From: Phaeosaccion multiseriatum | Lineage: Eukaryota > Protista > Ochrophyta, other classes | Length of the DNA stretch: 64,000 bases | Direction: 5' to 3' | Assembly (NCBI GenBank): GCA_965112735.1 | Contig: OZ218961.1 | Coordinates: 1,364,001-1,428,000, forward strand | Shown: positions 21,924 to 33,224 of the stretch, piece after piece | Position numbering within the stretch: position 1 is the first letter of the stretch | How the letters are laid out: every line of letters starts with the position of its first letter | The notes under the pieces: generated by a model | Database searches by the model: none | Told to the model about the DNA's origin: nothing | The model's input: only the letters and a program-made list of their open reading frames with translations | Position numbers and translations under genes: made by a program

Positions 21924-22080
21924 AGATCATATTCAACGCGATTTATCGGCGTTGGCTCTCGCTCCTTCAAATGGCGACGATCTTGAATACCCCCCTCGCA
22001 CACACACGAGGGTGTAATATAATTAATCTTCCCTCTTTCGAGAGAATCTTCTCGAGAGACAGAAGGCAAAAGGGAAAGAG

Positions 22081-24279
22081 ATGGAGGGGAGAAGGAGAGG
22101 AGCAGCAGCGGAAAACATTTCCTCTTCGCGTGCTTCAAAGAAGCACTCAGGAGACCCCGTTACCGAGGCAGCAGACTGGGATGGAGTGAAGGTGCTGACG
22201 CTCATTGTTGCAAACGTGGGCTCCGTCAAGAGTCTGTGGGGCTTGTCCAGAGTGGTGGATGCAGTCGTGGGGAGGCGAGTTGTTCTACACTGCCGTGTGC
22301 CTAAAGCGGTCCAGCAGAGAATACTGAAGATGCTCGAGCACCAGCAGCGACTTGAGCTTGAGCCATCTCGGGAAGGAGGAGCATCCTCTGCTGCTGAGGA
22401 TGGACAAAGACCATGCGTCCAGGAGGAGCAGCAGCGGGCACAGCAGCGTGGGGAGGGGGGAGGGGACATTCCCGACGAAAGGCGTTTTCGGGTCAGCGCT
22501 GTCACGCTGGGCGTTGCCAATACGCGGTGTACACCGGCGGACATTGCCCTTGTCCAGGAAGGGCTGAGAGTGCTCCCTCCCTCGGTGAAGCACGTTCGCT
22601 TGGGAGATAGTTTCAGCTGTCGTGGCCTGCGCCTTCCTGACGGGCTGGAGAGTGTACATTTTGGGAGAGAGTTTTCGGAAGAGGTCAAACTTCCGCACGC
22701 CTTGAGAGAGTTGAGCTTCCATCCTGAGTCCATTTACAATCATCCTTTGGACCTCCCCCCATCGCTGCGGAAGATCACGCTTGGGAGCTCGTTTAACTTT
22801 GACGTGACTCTTCCCAGCTCTCTTGAAGAGGCAAAGTTTGACGGCGATTTGTGTTGCTTCAATCGTCCATTGAAGCTTCCTGCCTCTCTTCGGACGCTGG
22901 AGCTGGGAGAGGAGTATAACCAGCCCCTATCGGATCTGCCGGACGGGCTGAAGGAGCTGAAATTTTCCGATGTGTCGGAGTTCAATCATCTGTTGAGCCT
23001 TCCTGCCTCTCTTCGGACTCTGGAGCTGGGAGACTTGTATAACCAGCCCCTATCGGATCTGCCGGACGGGATGAAGGAGCTGAGATTTTGCCCTGGCTCG
23101 AGGTTTACTCATCCGTTGACCCTGCCTGCCTCTCTTCGGACTCTGGAGCTGGGAAAGGAGTATAACCAGCCCCTATCGGATCTGCCGGACGGGCTGAAGG
23201 AGCTGAAGTTTGCCTGGAAGTCCGCGTTCAATCATCCGTTGGTCCTGCCTGCCTCTCTTCGGACTCTGGAGCTGGGAAAGGAGTATCACCAGCCCCTATC
23301 GGATCTGCCGGACGGGCTGAAGGAGCTGATATTTTCTGAGGTGTCGGAGTTCAATCATCCATTGAGCCTTCCTGCCTCTCTTCGGACTCTGGAGCTGGGA
23401 AAGGAGTATAACCAGCCCCTATCGGATCTGCCGGACGGGCTGAAGGAGCTGAGATTTGCATATCACTCGAGTTTTGATCATCCGTTGATCCTGCCTGCCT
23501 CTCTTCGGACTCTGGAGCTGGGATGGGAGTATAACCAGCCTCTATCGGATCTGCCGGACGGGCTGGAGGAGCTAATATTTATAAAGTGGTCGATGTTTAA
23601 TCATCCGTTGATCCTGCCTGTCTCTCTTCGGACTCTGGTGCTGGGAGAGGACTATAACCAGCCTCTATCGGATCTGCCGGACGGGTTGAAGGAGTTGAGA
23701 TTTTGCCCTGACTCGAGGTGTAATCATCCGTTGATTCTGCCTGCCTCTCTTCGGACTCTGGAGCTGGGATGGGATTATAACCAGCCTCTATCGGATCTGC
23801 CGGACGGGCTGGAGGAGCTGAAATTTCCCAAGGAGTCGAGGTTTAATCATCCGTTATCCCTGCCTGCCTCTCTTCGGACTCTGGAGCTGGGAGAGGACTA
23901 TAACCAGCCCCTATCGGATCTGCCGGACGGGCTGAAGGAGCTGAAATTTCTCGAGGAGTCGAGGTTTAATCATCCGTTAACCCTGCCTGCCTCTCTTCGG
24001 ACTCTGGAGCTGGGAATCCAGTATAACCAGCCCCTGTCGGATCTGCCGGACGGGATGAAGGAGCTGAAATTTCTCAAGTGTTCGAAGTTTAATCATCCAT
24101 TGGCCCTGCCTGCCTCTCTTCGGACTCTGGAGCTGGGAAGGGGGTTTCACCAGCCCCGATTGGATCTGCCTGCAGGTCTGGAGCGACTCGTGGTTTTGGA
24201 GGGATACGAGCTCCCTGGTCAGCTGCCCGAGGGCCTTGAAGTGGAGTTCTTCGAAATGCCTTGGAGTGAGGATTATTGA
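22081..24279 (+). CDS. FNIP-repeat (LRR-like) protein copy 1 with F-box-like N-terminal segment; intronless, 732 aa
   Basis: 10 full 41-aa/123-bp units from 22858 (FNHPLxLPASLRTLELGxxYNQPLSDLPDGLKELxFxxxSx) plus a capping unit. VLTLIVANVGSVKSLWGLSRVV resembles an F-box core (weak). Confidence 0.88.
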   Translation: MEGRRRGAAAENISSSRASKKHSGDPVTEAADWDGVKVLTLIVANVGSVKSLWGLSRVVDAVVGRRVVLHCRVPKAVQQRILKMLEHQQRLELEPSREGGASSAAEDGQRPCVQEEQQRAQQRGEGGGDIPDERRFRVSAVTLGVANTRCTPADIALVQEGLRVLPPSVKHVRLGDSFSCRGLRLPDGLESVHFGREFSEEVKLPHALRELSFHPESIYNHPLDLPPSLRKITLGSSFNFDVTLPSSLEEAKFDGDLCCFNRPLKLPASLRTLELGEEYNQPLSDLPDGLKELKFSDVSEFNHLLSLPASLRTLELGDLYNQPLSDLPDGMKELRFCPGSRFTHPLTLPASLRTLELGKEYNQPLSDLPDGLKELKFAWKSAFNHPLVLPASLRTLELGKEYHQPLSDLPDGLKELIFSEVSEFNHPLSLPASLRTLELGKEYNQPLSDLPDGLKELRFAYHSSFDHPLILPASLRTLELGWEYNQPLSDLPDGLEELIFIKWSMFNHPLILPVSLRTLVLGEDYNQPLSDLPDGLKELRFCPDSRCNHPLILPASLRTLELGWDYNQPLSDLPDGLEELKFPKESRFNHPLSLPASLRTLELGEDYNQPLSDLPDGLKELKFLEESRFNHPLTLPASLRTLELGIQYNQPLSDLPDGMKELKFLKCSKFNHPLALPASLRTLELGRGFHQPRLDLPAGLERLVVLEGYELPGQLPEGLEVEFFEMPWSEDY

Positions 24280-24411
24280 GTAGAAGGAGGAGGACTACCC
24301 TTAAGGCGAAGCGGACACACTGATGATATGAAGGAGGAGGACGGCGGGAGGGAGGGGTAAGAGTAAAAGGGGATATGACGGGAAGAATTGCGGAGATGAG
24401 ATGTACCCAGG

Positions 24412-25001
24412 TTGATTGCGGTGCCTCCAAGGCCCGGCTACGACGACAAGGAGTGGTCGCACATTGTGGACCGGCGCTTCGGCGAGATGGTGGCAAGCAT
24501 GCACCTGTCCGATCTGGAGAGCACTGCCCTGCAGCTGTGTGTGCAGAGGTCGGATCCGTCCATAGCCGCCGCTCTTGAGGTGTTCCGTCTGGAGGAGGAC
24601 GAGACCGACTTTAAGGACACTCTCCGGCGGCTGGCCAGGGTGACGCTGGAGCAGCTACAGGCCCCCTCCTCCTCATCCTCCTCCTTGCGGGAGTGCCGCT
24701 TTCAGGAGGAGGAGGAGCGGCATCAGCAGGGCACGAAGAGGAGGGCGAGGAGGAGGAGGGAGGCAGAGCACGAGGGGTGGACATGACGTCTGCGGGCCGG
24801 GAGAGCTTGTTCCAGACGCTCGTGGCGGACTTGGTGAAGAACGCCATTGTGCCCTCTCCGGCGGCGGGGGCGGCTCTGCTGGCCATGTTCGACGCTCGCG
24901 ACTCGAGGGTCATGGCTGCGCTGCACGGCTACGAGGAGAGCGCGGACATGGAGCAGCTGGTGGTGGATCTGCACGCTGTGCTGGGGGCCGTGCAGCAGTA
25001 G
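24412..25001 (+). pseudogene. Frameshifted 3' fragment of a gene with repeated helical domains
   Basis: Two related motifs in different frames (DPSIAAALEVFRLEEDETDFKDTLRRL; DSRVMAALHGYEESADMEQLVVDL) with no clear start. A further-deleted copy lies at 34740-35030. Confidence 0.55.
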
Positions 25002-25076
25002 CTCAGGAGGGCAGAGGAGAGATGGGGACACTTCTCTTCACTATGTGCGGTGGGGGGGGGGGGTTCGTCTTCTAGC

Positions 25077-25181
25077 AACGGTCTTGTTAGAAGTCGTACT
25101 TTTGCTAGACTGATACCTCCCGGTCTGAATTCAGAGGGCAGGTATCAGTCTAGCAAAAGTACGACTTCTAACAGGACTGTT
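25077..25181 (+). other. 42-bp inverted repeat / long hairpin
   Basis: Arms 25077-25118 and 25140-25181, 40/42 complementary. The loop contains the palindrome TCTGAATTCAGA. Confidence 0.93.
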
Positions 25182-25477
25182 AACCACTGGCAGGTAGTGG
25201 TAGGACAGCAGCAGCAGCAGCAGCAGCAGGAGGAGGAGGAGGAGGAGGAGGAGGAGAAGGCGAGAGAGAGGGAAAGCCCCCACGCCATTGTTGTATAGCA
25301 GGAAAGGTTTTATTATAAATTGACGAAGGAATACAAAGACTCCCCAGGTGGTGGTGCGTGGGCGCCTGTGACGATGTAGTATGTCAATGGGGGTTTTGGA
25401 GGCGGCGGTCCTACTTCAAACTTTGAAGTTCACGCAAGGTTCTTGCTGATGTCAAGGCCCGGGCGGAGGAGCAGAGG

Positions 25478-27890
25478 ATGAAGATGAAAGCAGAGCATGA
25501 GAGGAAGGTACAGGGGCTGGAGGAGGTGAGAGAGAGCTTGACGGAGAGTAAAGGGCAGGAGGTGGAGAGTTTGCTGCGAGAGTGGAAAGCCAAGGAGGAA
25601 GAATGGCAGCAGCTGACCAAGGCAGCACAGGAGGCAGCGGCTCAGGCGGCGGATGTGGCGAGGGGCAAGGAGGCGATGGCGCTGGAGCAGCACACAAAGC
25701 AAATGAGGGCGTTACAGGCGGAGTTGGATGGGGTGAGGGCGGCGGCCCGTATCGCCGAGCAGGAGGCCCAACAAATGGCCCAACAAGAGGCACTCAAGGC
25801 CAAGCGCAGTGCGGAGGAAGCGGCCGCGGCAGCTGCCGATGCCGCCGTGAAAAGGGAGGGAGCGGAGGAGCTGAGGGCAAAGGGGAGACTTGTGGAGCAG
25901 AAGCTCGAGGCCGAGAGCAAGAGGAGTGAGGGGTTGGAGAAGGAGTTACGGAAGGTCAGAGAGGAGAGGGAGGCAGTGGGGAGGCGGCTGGCGGAGGAAG
26001 AGAGGCGGAGAGAGGAGGGCAAGGCGGTAGCGGAAGAGGCTGAGAAGGAGTGGAAGGCGAAGGTGGCGAGTCTCACAGGCAGTGTGGGGCAGGCGGCGGT
26101 GGCGGCGGAGAAACGGCTCGGGGATGAGGTGAGTGCGTTGCGCGCCGAGCTGCAGGAGGAGAGAGAGAAAGAGGGCAAAGAGTGGGCGTCCAAGCTCACC
26201 CAAGGCCAGGAGGCGGCAGAGAGACAGCGCGAGAAGGAGGGGCAGGAGGCGAAGCGCAAGAGGGAAGAGGAGAGAGAGGCCTGGGCCAAGAGGAGCGCGG
26301 AGGAGCTTGAAGCGGCGGTGGCGTTGGTGGAGGAAGGGAGGAAGAGCGAGGCTGCCCTTGCTAGGGAGGAGCACAACAAGAGGCTGGCGGAGATGGAGGA
26401 CCAACACGCAGGGGTGCTTGAGCAGCCCAAGCAAGAGCTGAAGGCCAAGGTAGAGCAAGCGGCGGAGGAGGTCGGGAAGGCGTTACAGAAGGGTCGGGTG
26501 GAGACGCAGAAAGAGGTGAGCCAGGCGAGGAAGGAGGCCAGGGAGGCGGCAGCGGTGGTGAAGGCAAAGCACGAGGCGGAAACCACGAGGCAGAGGGAGG
26601 AGGCGGAGGGCAAGTTGAAGGGTGTGCGAGCGGAGTGGGAGGCGACGTTGAAGGAGCTGGGGGCGGAGAAGGAGGAGAAGGAGAGGCTCGGCATCGTGTT
26701 GAAGGAGGCGAAAGAGTCCTTTGCGGTACTTCGACAGGAGATGGCTCAGCAGGAGGCAAGGGCAAGGGAGAGAGAGGGCGAGCTGAAGGACGCATTTGCT
26801 TCGGCCACGGCAAGCAAGTTGGTGATACACGAGGAGGCCGTGAGGGCCCTGGAGGCGCAGCCAGCAAACCGAGGAAAAAGCGCTCTTTTCTCGCCAGTTG
26901 GAGGACTTGGGAGTGGCTCTGAGGGAGGCGGAGGATCGATTCGCGATGCGTCCGTCCAGGGAGGAGGACGTGGAGTTGATTCGGCGGTTACAGAGAGAGT
27001 CACTGGGGAAGGATGCATTGGTCAAAAAGACCATCGAAGAAATGGCCTACTTCAAGAGAGAGCTGCTCAATAGAGAGGAGGTGTACAATCGAAAGTTCAA
27101 CGCCAATCCTAACGTTGGGGTGATGGAGGTGGTGAAAGGTCGATCAGGAGGAGGAGGGCTGAGTATCGGAGGCATCGGAGGAGGAGGAGGTAACGGCTTC
27201 GGTCCGGCAGGAGGAGGAGGAGGAGGAGGAGGAGGAGGAGGAGGAGGAGGAGGAGGAGGAGGAGGAGGAGGAGGAGGAGGAGGAGGAGGAGGAGGAGGAG
27301 GAGGAGGAGGAGGAGGAGGAGGAGGAGGAGGAGGAGGAGGAGGAGGAGGAGGAGGAGGAGGAGGAGGAGGAGGAGGAGGAGGAGGAGGAGGAGGAGGAGG
27401 AGGAGGAGGAGGAGGAGGAGGAGGAGGAGGAGGAGGAGGAGGAGGAGGAGGAGGAGGAGGAGGAGGAGGAGGAGGAGGAGGAGGAGGAGGAGGAGGAGGA
27501 GGAGGAGGAGGAGGAGGAGGAGGAGGAGGAGGAGGAGGAGGAGGAGGAGGAGGAGGAGGAGGAGGAGGAGGAAATGGTGGGGGTGGCGTGGCACCAGGAG
27601 GGAGGAAGGGCGGGCGACCTCCTCGTAAGTCCCACCATCGCAGCGTTAGCCTCGGCACCAACGGAGTGCCGGAGGGGGGGGGGGGAGGGAGCAGCCAGCG
27701 TCAGCAGTGGGGACAGAGAGAGAGGTCCCCGCATTCCTGTGGACCGACGGCACTCTATGCCCTCCAACCAAAGCCCCCAGTATGGGCCCTCAAGATGATG
27801 AGCGTGGCGACAGATGGCGACATGAGGTGCGAGCGAGGCTTTTTTTGGGGCGGCAACGATAAAAGGATGATACTACGTAAGATTACGTAA
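25478..27890 (+). pseudogene. FAM184-like coiled-coil protein, apparently 5'-truncated and frameshifted (~26860), with poly-Gly tail
   Basis: Long coiled-coil ORF. The second frame gives EDRFAMRPSREEDVELI..YFKRELLNREEVYNRKFNANPNVGVM, matching the FAM184 C-terminal pattern as I recall it. It starts right after the FNIP-module breakpoint. Confidence 0.6.
27210..27572 (+). repeat. Perfect (GGA)121 triplet tract
   Basis: 363 uninterrupted bp. Confidence 0.97.
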
Positions 27891-28304
27891 GATAAATGTG
27901 ATAGTATTGTCATATGGTATAGTCGTACAACGCTTGCTTGCTTGCGCGTGATGAGTCGGTCGAGTCCCCTCTTCGAGCAGCCCTGCTGGCCCTGGAGCCC
28001 TGCTGGCCCTGGGCTAAGAACACGATCCAGTGAGTGCACCACCTCTCACACTCATGCAGAGCCACCCCGACTCCAGCAACGCGCCCTGCCTACCTGCCTA
28101 CCTGCCCCACATTCACCGAGGTTGGTGTGGGTGGATGGCCGTGGATGGGTAGTACCCCGCCTCCCACCTTCACTTACATTACGGTCCCTCCCCCTTCCCC
28201 TCCCCTCCCCTCCCTCCCTCCCTCCCTCATTCTTCTCCCCTCCCCCTTCATATTTGCCTCACTAATGTACGCCGTCGGAAGAAAAGAGGCGCCCCCCCCC
28301 CCCC

Positions 28305-31300
28305 CTATAACCAAAGCTGCAAACACACTTGTTTCACATAGCGGCAGGCGGTGTTGCGCAGCTTCTCCACCTCTTCCATGGAGTCCAGCTTGTCAATGGA
28401 ATAACCCGATTCCTCGACGCCGTTGCACCTCCACTTGGGACTGTAGGCGGTGACATAACCAACGCCGTATTTGTAAAGTCTTTCCTCGCGGACTGAAGTC
28501 ATGTCACACACCACCGAAGCCTCGCCTCTGTAAATGGCGCTGTAAATGTGGCCGACTTCGTGGCAGCCGATGGCAGCAGAGCAGGCATGTGGATAGCGAG
28601 GGAGGGGCGAATGCGATTAACTATTGCTTGGTGAAAACAGATCCAAAAGAAACACAGGGGTAGCTATCGTATAGGTTGTGTTGGTGTTGTCAGTCAGTCC
28701 ACAGGGTGAAGAAGCAACCAGGTACGGTGCGGCCGGCTATGGTAGGTACAATAGCTGGTTAGTAAAGCAAAGCCTCAAAGACACAACGAGAACATACTCA
28801 CTGCCAGGGGCCGTATTCTCCGAGGTACTCCAGGGGTTGTAGAACCGCCTGTAGGAGGGAGGAGCGCCCCGCAGGCCGTCCTGCTTGACGCAATCCCCCC
28901 CTGCGTTGGGGAGGATGCAGTCCAGGCTCTGGCAGTCCCAATAGAAGGCAAGGGTAATGCTGCGTCCCGACGGGGACAGGGATTGGCACGTGTCTCTGGG
29001 ATCCATCAGCTCGTCTGGGGGGGGGGGGGGGGGGGGGCGCCAGGAAGAGCTGTGGGTAGGATGCACTGGTGAAGAGTAGCTGTTGTTGTTAGTATCGTAC
29101 TCACATGTAGGAGCGTTATCGTTGTCGCAGGCACCATATTGGCCGAATCCGCAGTACTTGCAGTTGGCGACGCCGTCAACGTTGCAGCCGTCTTGGGAGG
29201 GTGACGTCACACACGTCTCATCGACATTGCAAGACTTCTCCACCCACGCTGGCGTGCCGCCCCCGGGGGGGTTATAAGCGACATTGCAGCAGGGGAAGGC
29301 GTCTTCCAGAGGGGGAAAGGCGGGGATTCCGGACAGGCATTGCGACGAGGTTTGGTCGATTTCTCCCGTGTCGACATTCCCACATGTGCTGCGGCAGTCC
29401 CTGGAGAGGCGGTAGCCCATCCTCTCCAGCACTCTCTGGGTCAGCGCGCCCACGCATCTCACCACCTCTCCGCTGGAGAAGCCCGGAGTCATGAGGCTGT
29501 CGATACTGCCGGGCGGGAAGTGATCCTCGCTGAAGTGCCCCATGGACGAGCCCTGGACGTAGGGAGAGGGCGTGGAGATGGGAATACACATGCCCTCTGA
29601 AGCAGCATCGTAGGCAGTAGAGTAGGGCAAGGGGGGGGTAATAAAGGGCGGGGGTTGCTCAGCCATTGGGAGGGGGGGGGGGGGGCGCACTCGACACTCG
29701 ACCGTCAAGCACCCTCCATACATGAATATCGATATCCACATCGATATTGTACGTCGATATAGTGCTCAGTCACAAATGGCGATACTTATCACAACACCCT
29801 CGCCACAGCCAGCCATGGCCGTACTGGCATACGCTCAAGAGTGCTGCGGCATTGGAGCAAGCGCAAAGATGGGCGGGGGCGATGCCTCCTCCTCAACCCC
29901 ATTGCCCCTCATTCCTGCTTCACCCCCCCCGCTTTTCGCCGCGTCGCACGACTGTGGCTGCGTGCATGTCCTGCCTCCCCGCCAAATATATATTGTCGCT
30001 CCAAACTGTCTCAGCCGCGCAAAACGCACATACACTCGCCATCCCCATTCATCCCCCCCAGTCCAGTCCCCATTAGCTATTGCACTACTAAATAAATAAT
30101 CTGCAAAGCACGGCGCAACCCCACGCTCCAGCAGCAACGCAAACTCACCCTTGTCGTCGAAGATGCACGCGGTGCCAGCTGTGAAGATGGGGTTGGTGGT
30201 TCGTGACTCCAAGTCCGTAGGGTAGTTGGCGGGGGTCAAGTCGTCCTCTCTCTGGTCACTGCCCTGCATTTGGAGCGTGAACCTGCTGCCTACGAAGGGT
30301 TTGCCTTCCAACTAAGAACGCCAATCAGACAGTCAGTCCCACGGTTGGCAGTCAGCAGGTCGGCCGAGTGAAGGAGAGTGCGGAGCGAGGGGCGATGGGA
30401 GCGGGTACAGAGAGAGGAAGAGAGACAGAAGCGAAACAAATGATAAGAAACAGCGAGAAGAAGAAGATGTGCGGTGCAGCGAAGGAGAAACAGAGGCACT
30501 GTCCTCCAATAAAGAAAAACAAGAGAAAGAGGGAGAGAGAGAGCGGCCGGGTGGCGCGATGAAAGGGGAGGAGCAGTTGTCGTGGCGTGACGTGACATGA
30601 CGTGGCTTACATTGTCGTACTCGCTCCAGAAGGGGCCCTCGAAGTCCCCCGTGGCGCTAGTTGACGAGTTGAGGTGGGGCACAAAGCCCAAAGCGTGCCC
30701 AATCTCATGGCCGAGCACACTCACAAAGTCTTGCTGCAGGCACGCACGGACGCACGCGGCCATACAAGTGCGTGTAAAGATGGGGGCGACACAAGAAAAA
30801 GCGCGGGCGGTACTGTTTCAGACACAATGAACAGAGTGCAAAAGCGATAAGGGCGAGAGCGAGAGCCGAGGACCTGGAGAGGGCCGGGGGCGAAGCGGAG
30901 AGGGGGCGGGGGCGGCAAGAGGACACAAGAGGACACTACCCTTCGGTTGCGCCTACTTGGATACCTGATCGTTGCCAATGCTCGCTCCATCGCCAAAGTG
31001 ATAGTTAAAGTCCTTGTTCATGTACAGCTCCGCGTCATAAGTGATGCTCGAAATAATGATTCCGCTGTAGCTGTACAACACGAGCGAGGAGGCAGGGCAG
31101 AGGGCAGAGCAGCGATATATTTGTTTGGGCATGGTCCAGGAAACAGAGAGAGTGCGAGGAAGAGAAGGCGAAAGAGAGGGAGAGAGAGAAAGGGACAGAG
31201 GAGACACAGCGAGGAGAGGGACAGAACAACGATGGGACGAGACGAAGGGAGGGCGAGATGAAGAGCGTAGTTAGGAGCATCAGCACGTCGATAGCGGGGA

Positions 31301-32216
31301 GTGTTTCATCTCTGCATGTTCGTTCCAGCCCCCCCCCGCTGCCTCAAGCATTCCATCACCACTCAAGGCTCACCTCAGTTCCGCAGGAGCCACATTGAAC
31401 ACCGCAAAGTCATTCGAGACACCGACGGTCGGAACCGCAGTGGCACCCAGAATGTCTCCAACATCGATCGTGTTGGTGAGTTTGCCAAGATCGGCCAGCG
31501 GGTCGATGAGGAGGCGGATGGGGCTGGCTCCTGGCTCCAAGACGTCTGCCCACTACAGTCGAGAAGAGAAGAGGAGAGATGCAGCATGAGTGGCGGAGGA
31601 GGAGGAGGAGGAGGAGAAGGACGAGCAGGGGAGGGAGGGAAAGACCAAGAGGGGCAGAGAGAGACATGGGGAGTAAGAGAGGGAGAGAGCACAAGCAATC
31701 GACAGAGAAGAGAGGCCAAGGAGCAGGGGAGACATGCATACCCTCACCATCACCATACACCATCATCACAGTCACGGTAGACACCCCTTCTTGTTGCCCA
31801 CCATGCACAGGGCCTCTTGAGCGGCGGCCTCCGCTTCCTGAAGCAGCGCAGTCGGAGCAGGAGTGGGGCGTTCAAAGGTGACGTCAAACAGCTGAGCATA
31901 GTCGCAGCCTGGTGCGGTCAGCCTTCTCCTCCTCGAGCTGCCGTCATCTCCTTGCTCCACCCTCTCCACGACGGTGGGGGCCCCTCCCTTGAGTGGCCCA
32001 TTGTTGGGCGTTGGCACGAAGACCTTCTGCGTGCCTGCTCCCGGCATTATCTTCACGGTCCCTGCTTTGATCGACTCCAAGAGGTCCTCCCGCAGCTGCT
32101 TGGCGGAGGCAGGGGCTCCTGCTGCAGTTGGCGGGTGTTGGAGGAGGACGAGCAGGGGCGAACAGCACCAGCAGAAGATGCATCTTTTATGCCGTGCTCT
32201 GTCTGCCGTTGTCTGT
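28305..32216 (-). CDS. Probably secreted zincin metallopeptidase with Cys-rich C-terminal region; multi-exon, ends uncertain
   Basis: QDFVSVLGHEIGHALGF (HExxH). Downstream PSPYVQGSSMGHFSE..SLMTPGF..GALTQRVLERMGY. Hydrophobic signal-like N-terminus, RRRRL processing-like site, CKYCGFGQYGAC module. Confidence 0.72.
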
Positions 32217-33224
32217 GAGGGGTGCGGGGATGCGGAGAGGCAGATAAGCGTTTGAGAGAGGGATGGCAGCGAGGAACAGAGGGAGAAAGAGAGAGAGAAG
32301 AACGCCCGTCCCGCATAAGAACTCACCCGTGGATGTGCCTGCCGTAGAAGGCGGAGTGTACGGAGCGAAGGCCTAGGAGAGGAGCAGGGAGGAGGAGGGA
32401 GAGAGGGAAAGAGGGGGTTGAAGGAGACAAGACGGGGGTAATTGTGTTTGTGTCAAGGAGTGTGATGGGACGGTACCCTGTTGTATGTGCCGTGATGCTT
32501 CTTTGGCAAGCGTGCCGAGACTGGCGAATTTCTATGGGTGATACTCGAGCATATGCGCTTGCATTGCTTGGGACCCCCCCCCCCCCCATTGCTGCGTCCC
32601 CCGCCTTTTCCTCCCCTATGGGGGGGGGATGCTGCTGTCGCCGGAGCCCTCACGGTAGGCTTGCTGCTGCTCTCGCCATGTCGGCAAGGCCTAAGAGTAA
32701 AAATCCTTGAGAGTCGGGCGGAGCGTTGTCTATCTCATCCAAACGCTTGGATGATACTGTGGACAGTTGGTCCATATCTCAACAAGCTCGGGTGCGTCAG
32801 CCGGAACATAACATTAACATTAATCCTTTTATAATACATGTATTGTTATTTTACAGTGTACAGTTGTAAAGCTTTTGGGGGGAATGTTGGGGAATTCACA
32901 TGCAGCTAAATTGAAACTCACACTGTCCCCCATTGACTTACTTCTTTCCTTCCTCCCCTCTCTCTCTGCAAAAGCCTTCCTGCATTGCGCAGTGAAGAGC
33001 ATTGCAGTTGGTAGTCATTCCTTTAGTCGCACGACGCCGTATACCGCGGGTGCGGGGAGGGGGAGTCGAGGTCAAGCAAGGGGCCTATCGGAAGGGGGGG
33101 AGAGAGTTTCCCGAGTTCCTTAGCTGTGTAGACAACGAGAGCTGTAGGGGGGAGGACGGAGAGCTCGAGAGGGGAGAGGGAGAGAGACTTCAAGGGGGGG
33201 GGAGAGAAGGCAAAAGGGAAAGAG

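Noticed and set aside
22858-24150. CRISPR-like appearance of constant repeats with variable inserts
   Set aside because: Variable parts are 6-9 nt in-frame codons within a protein repeat; no cas genes; eukaryotic context.
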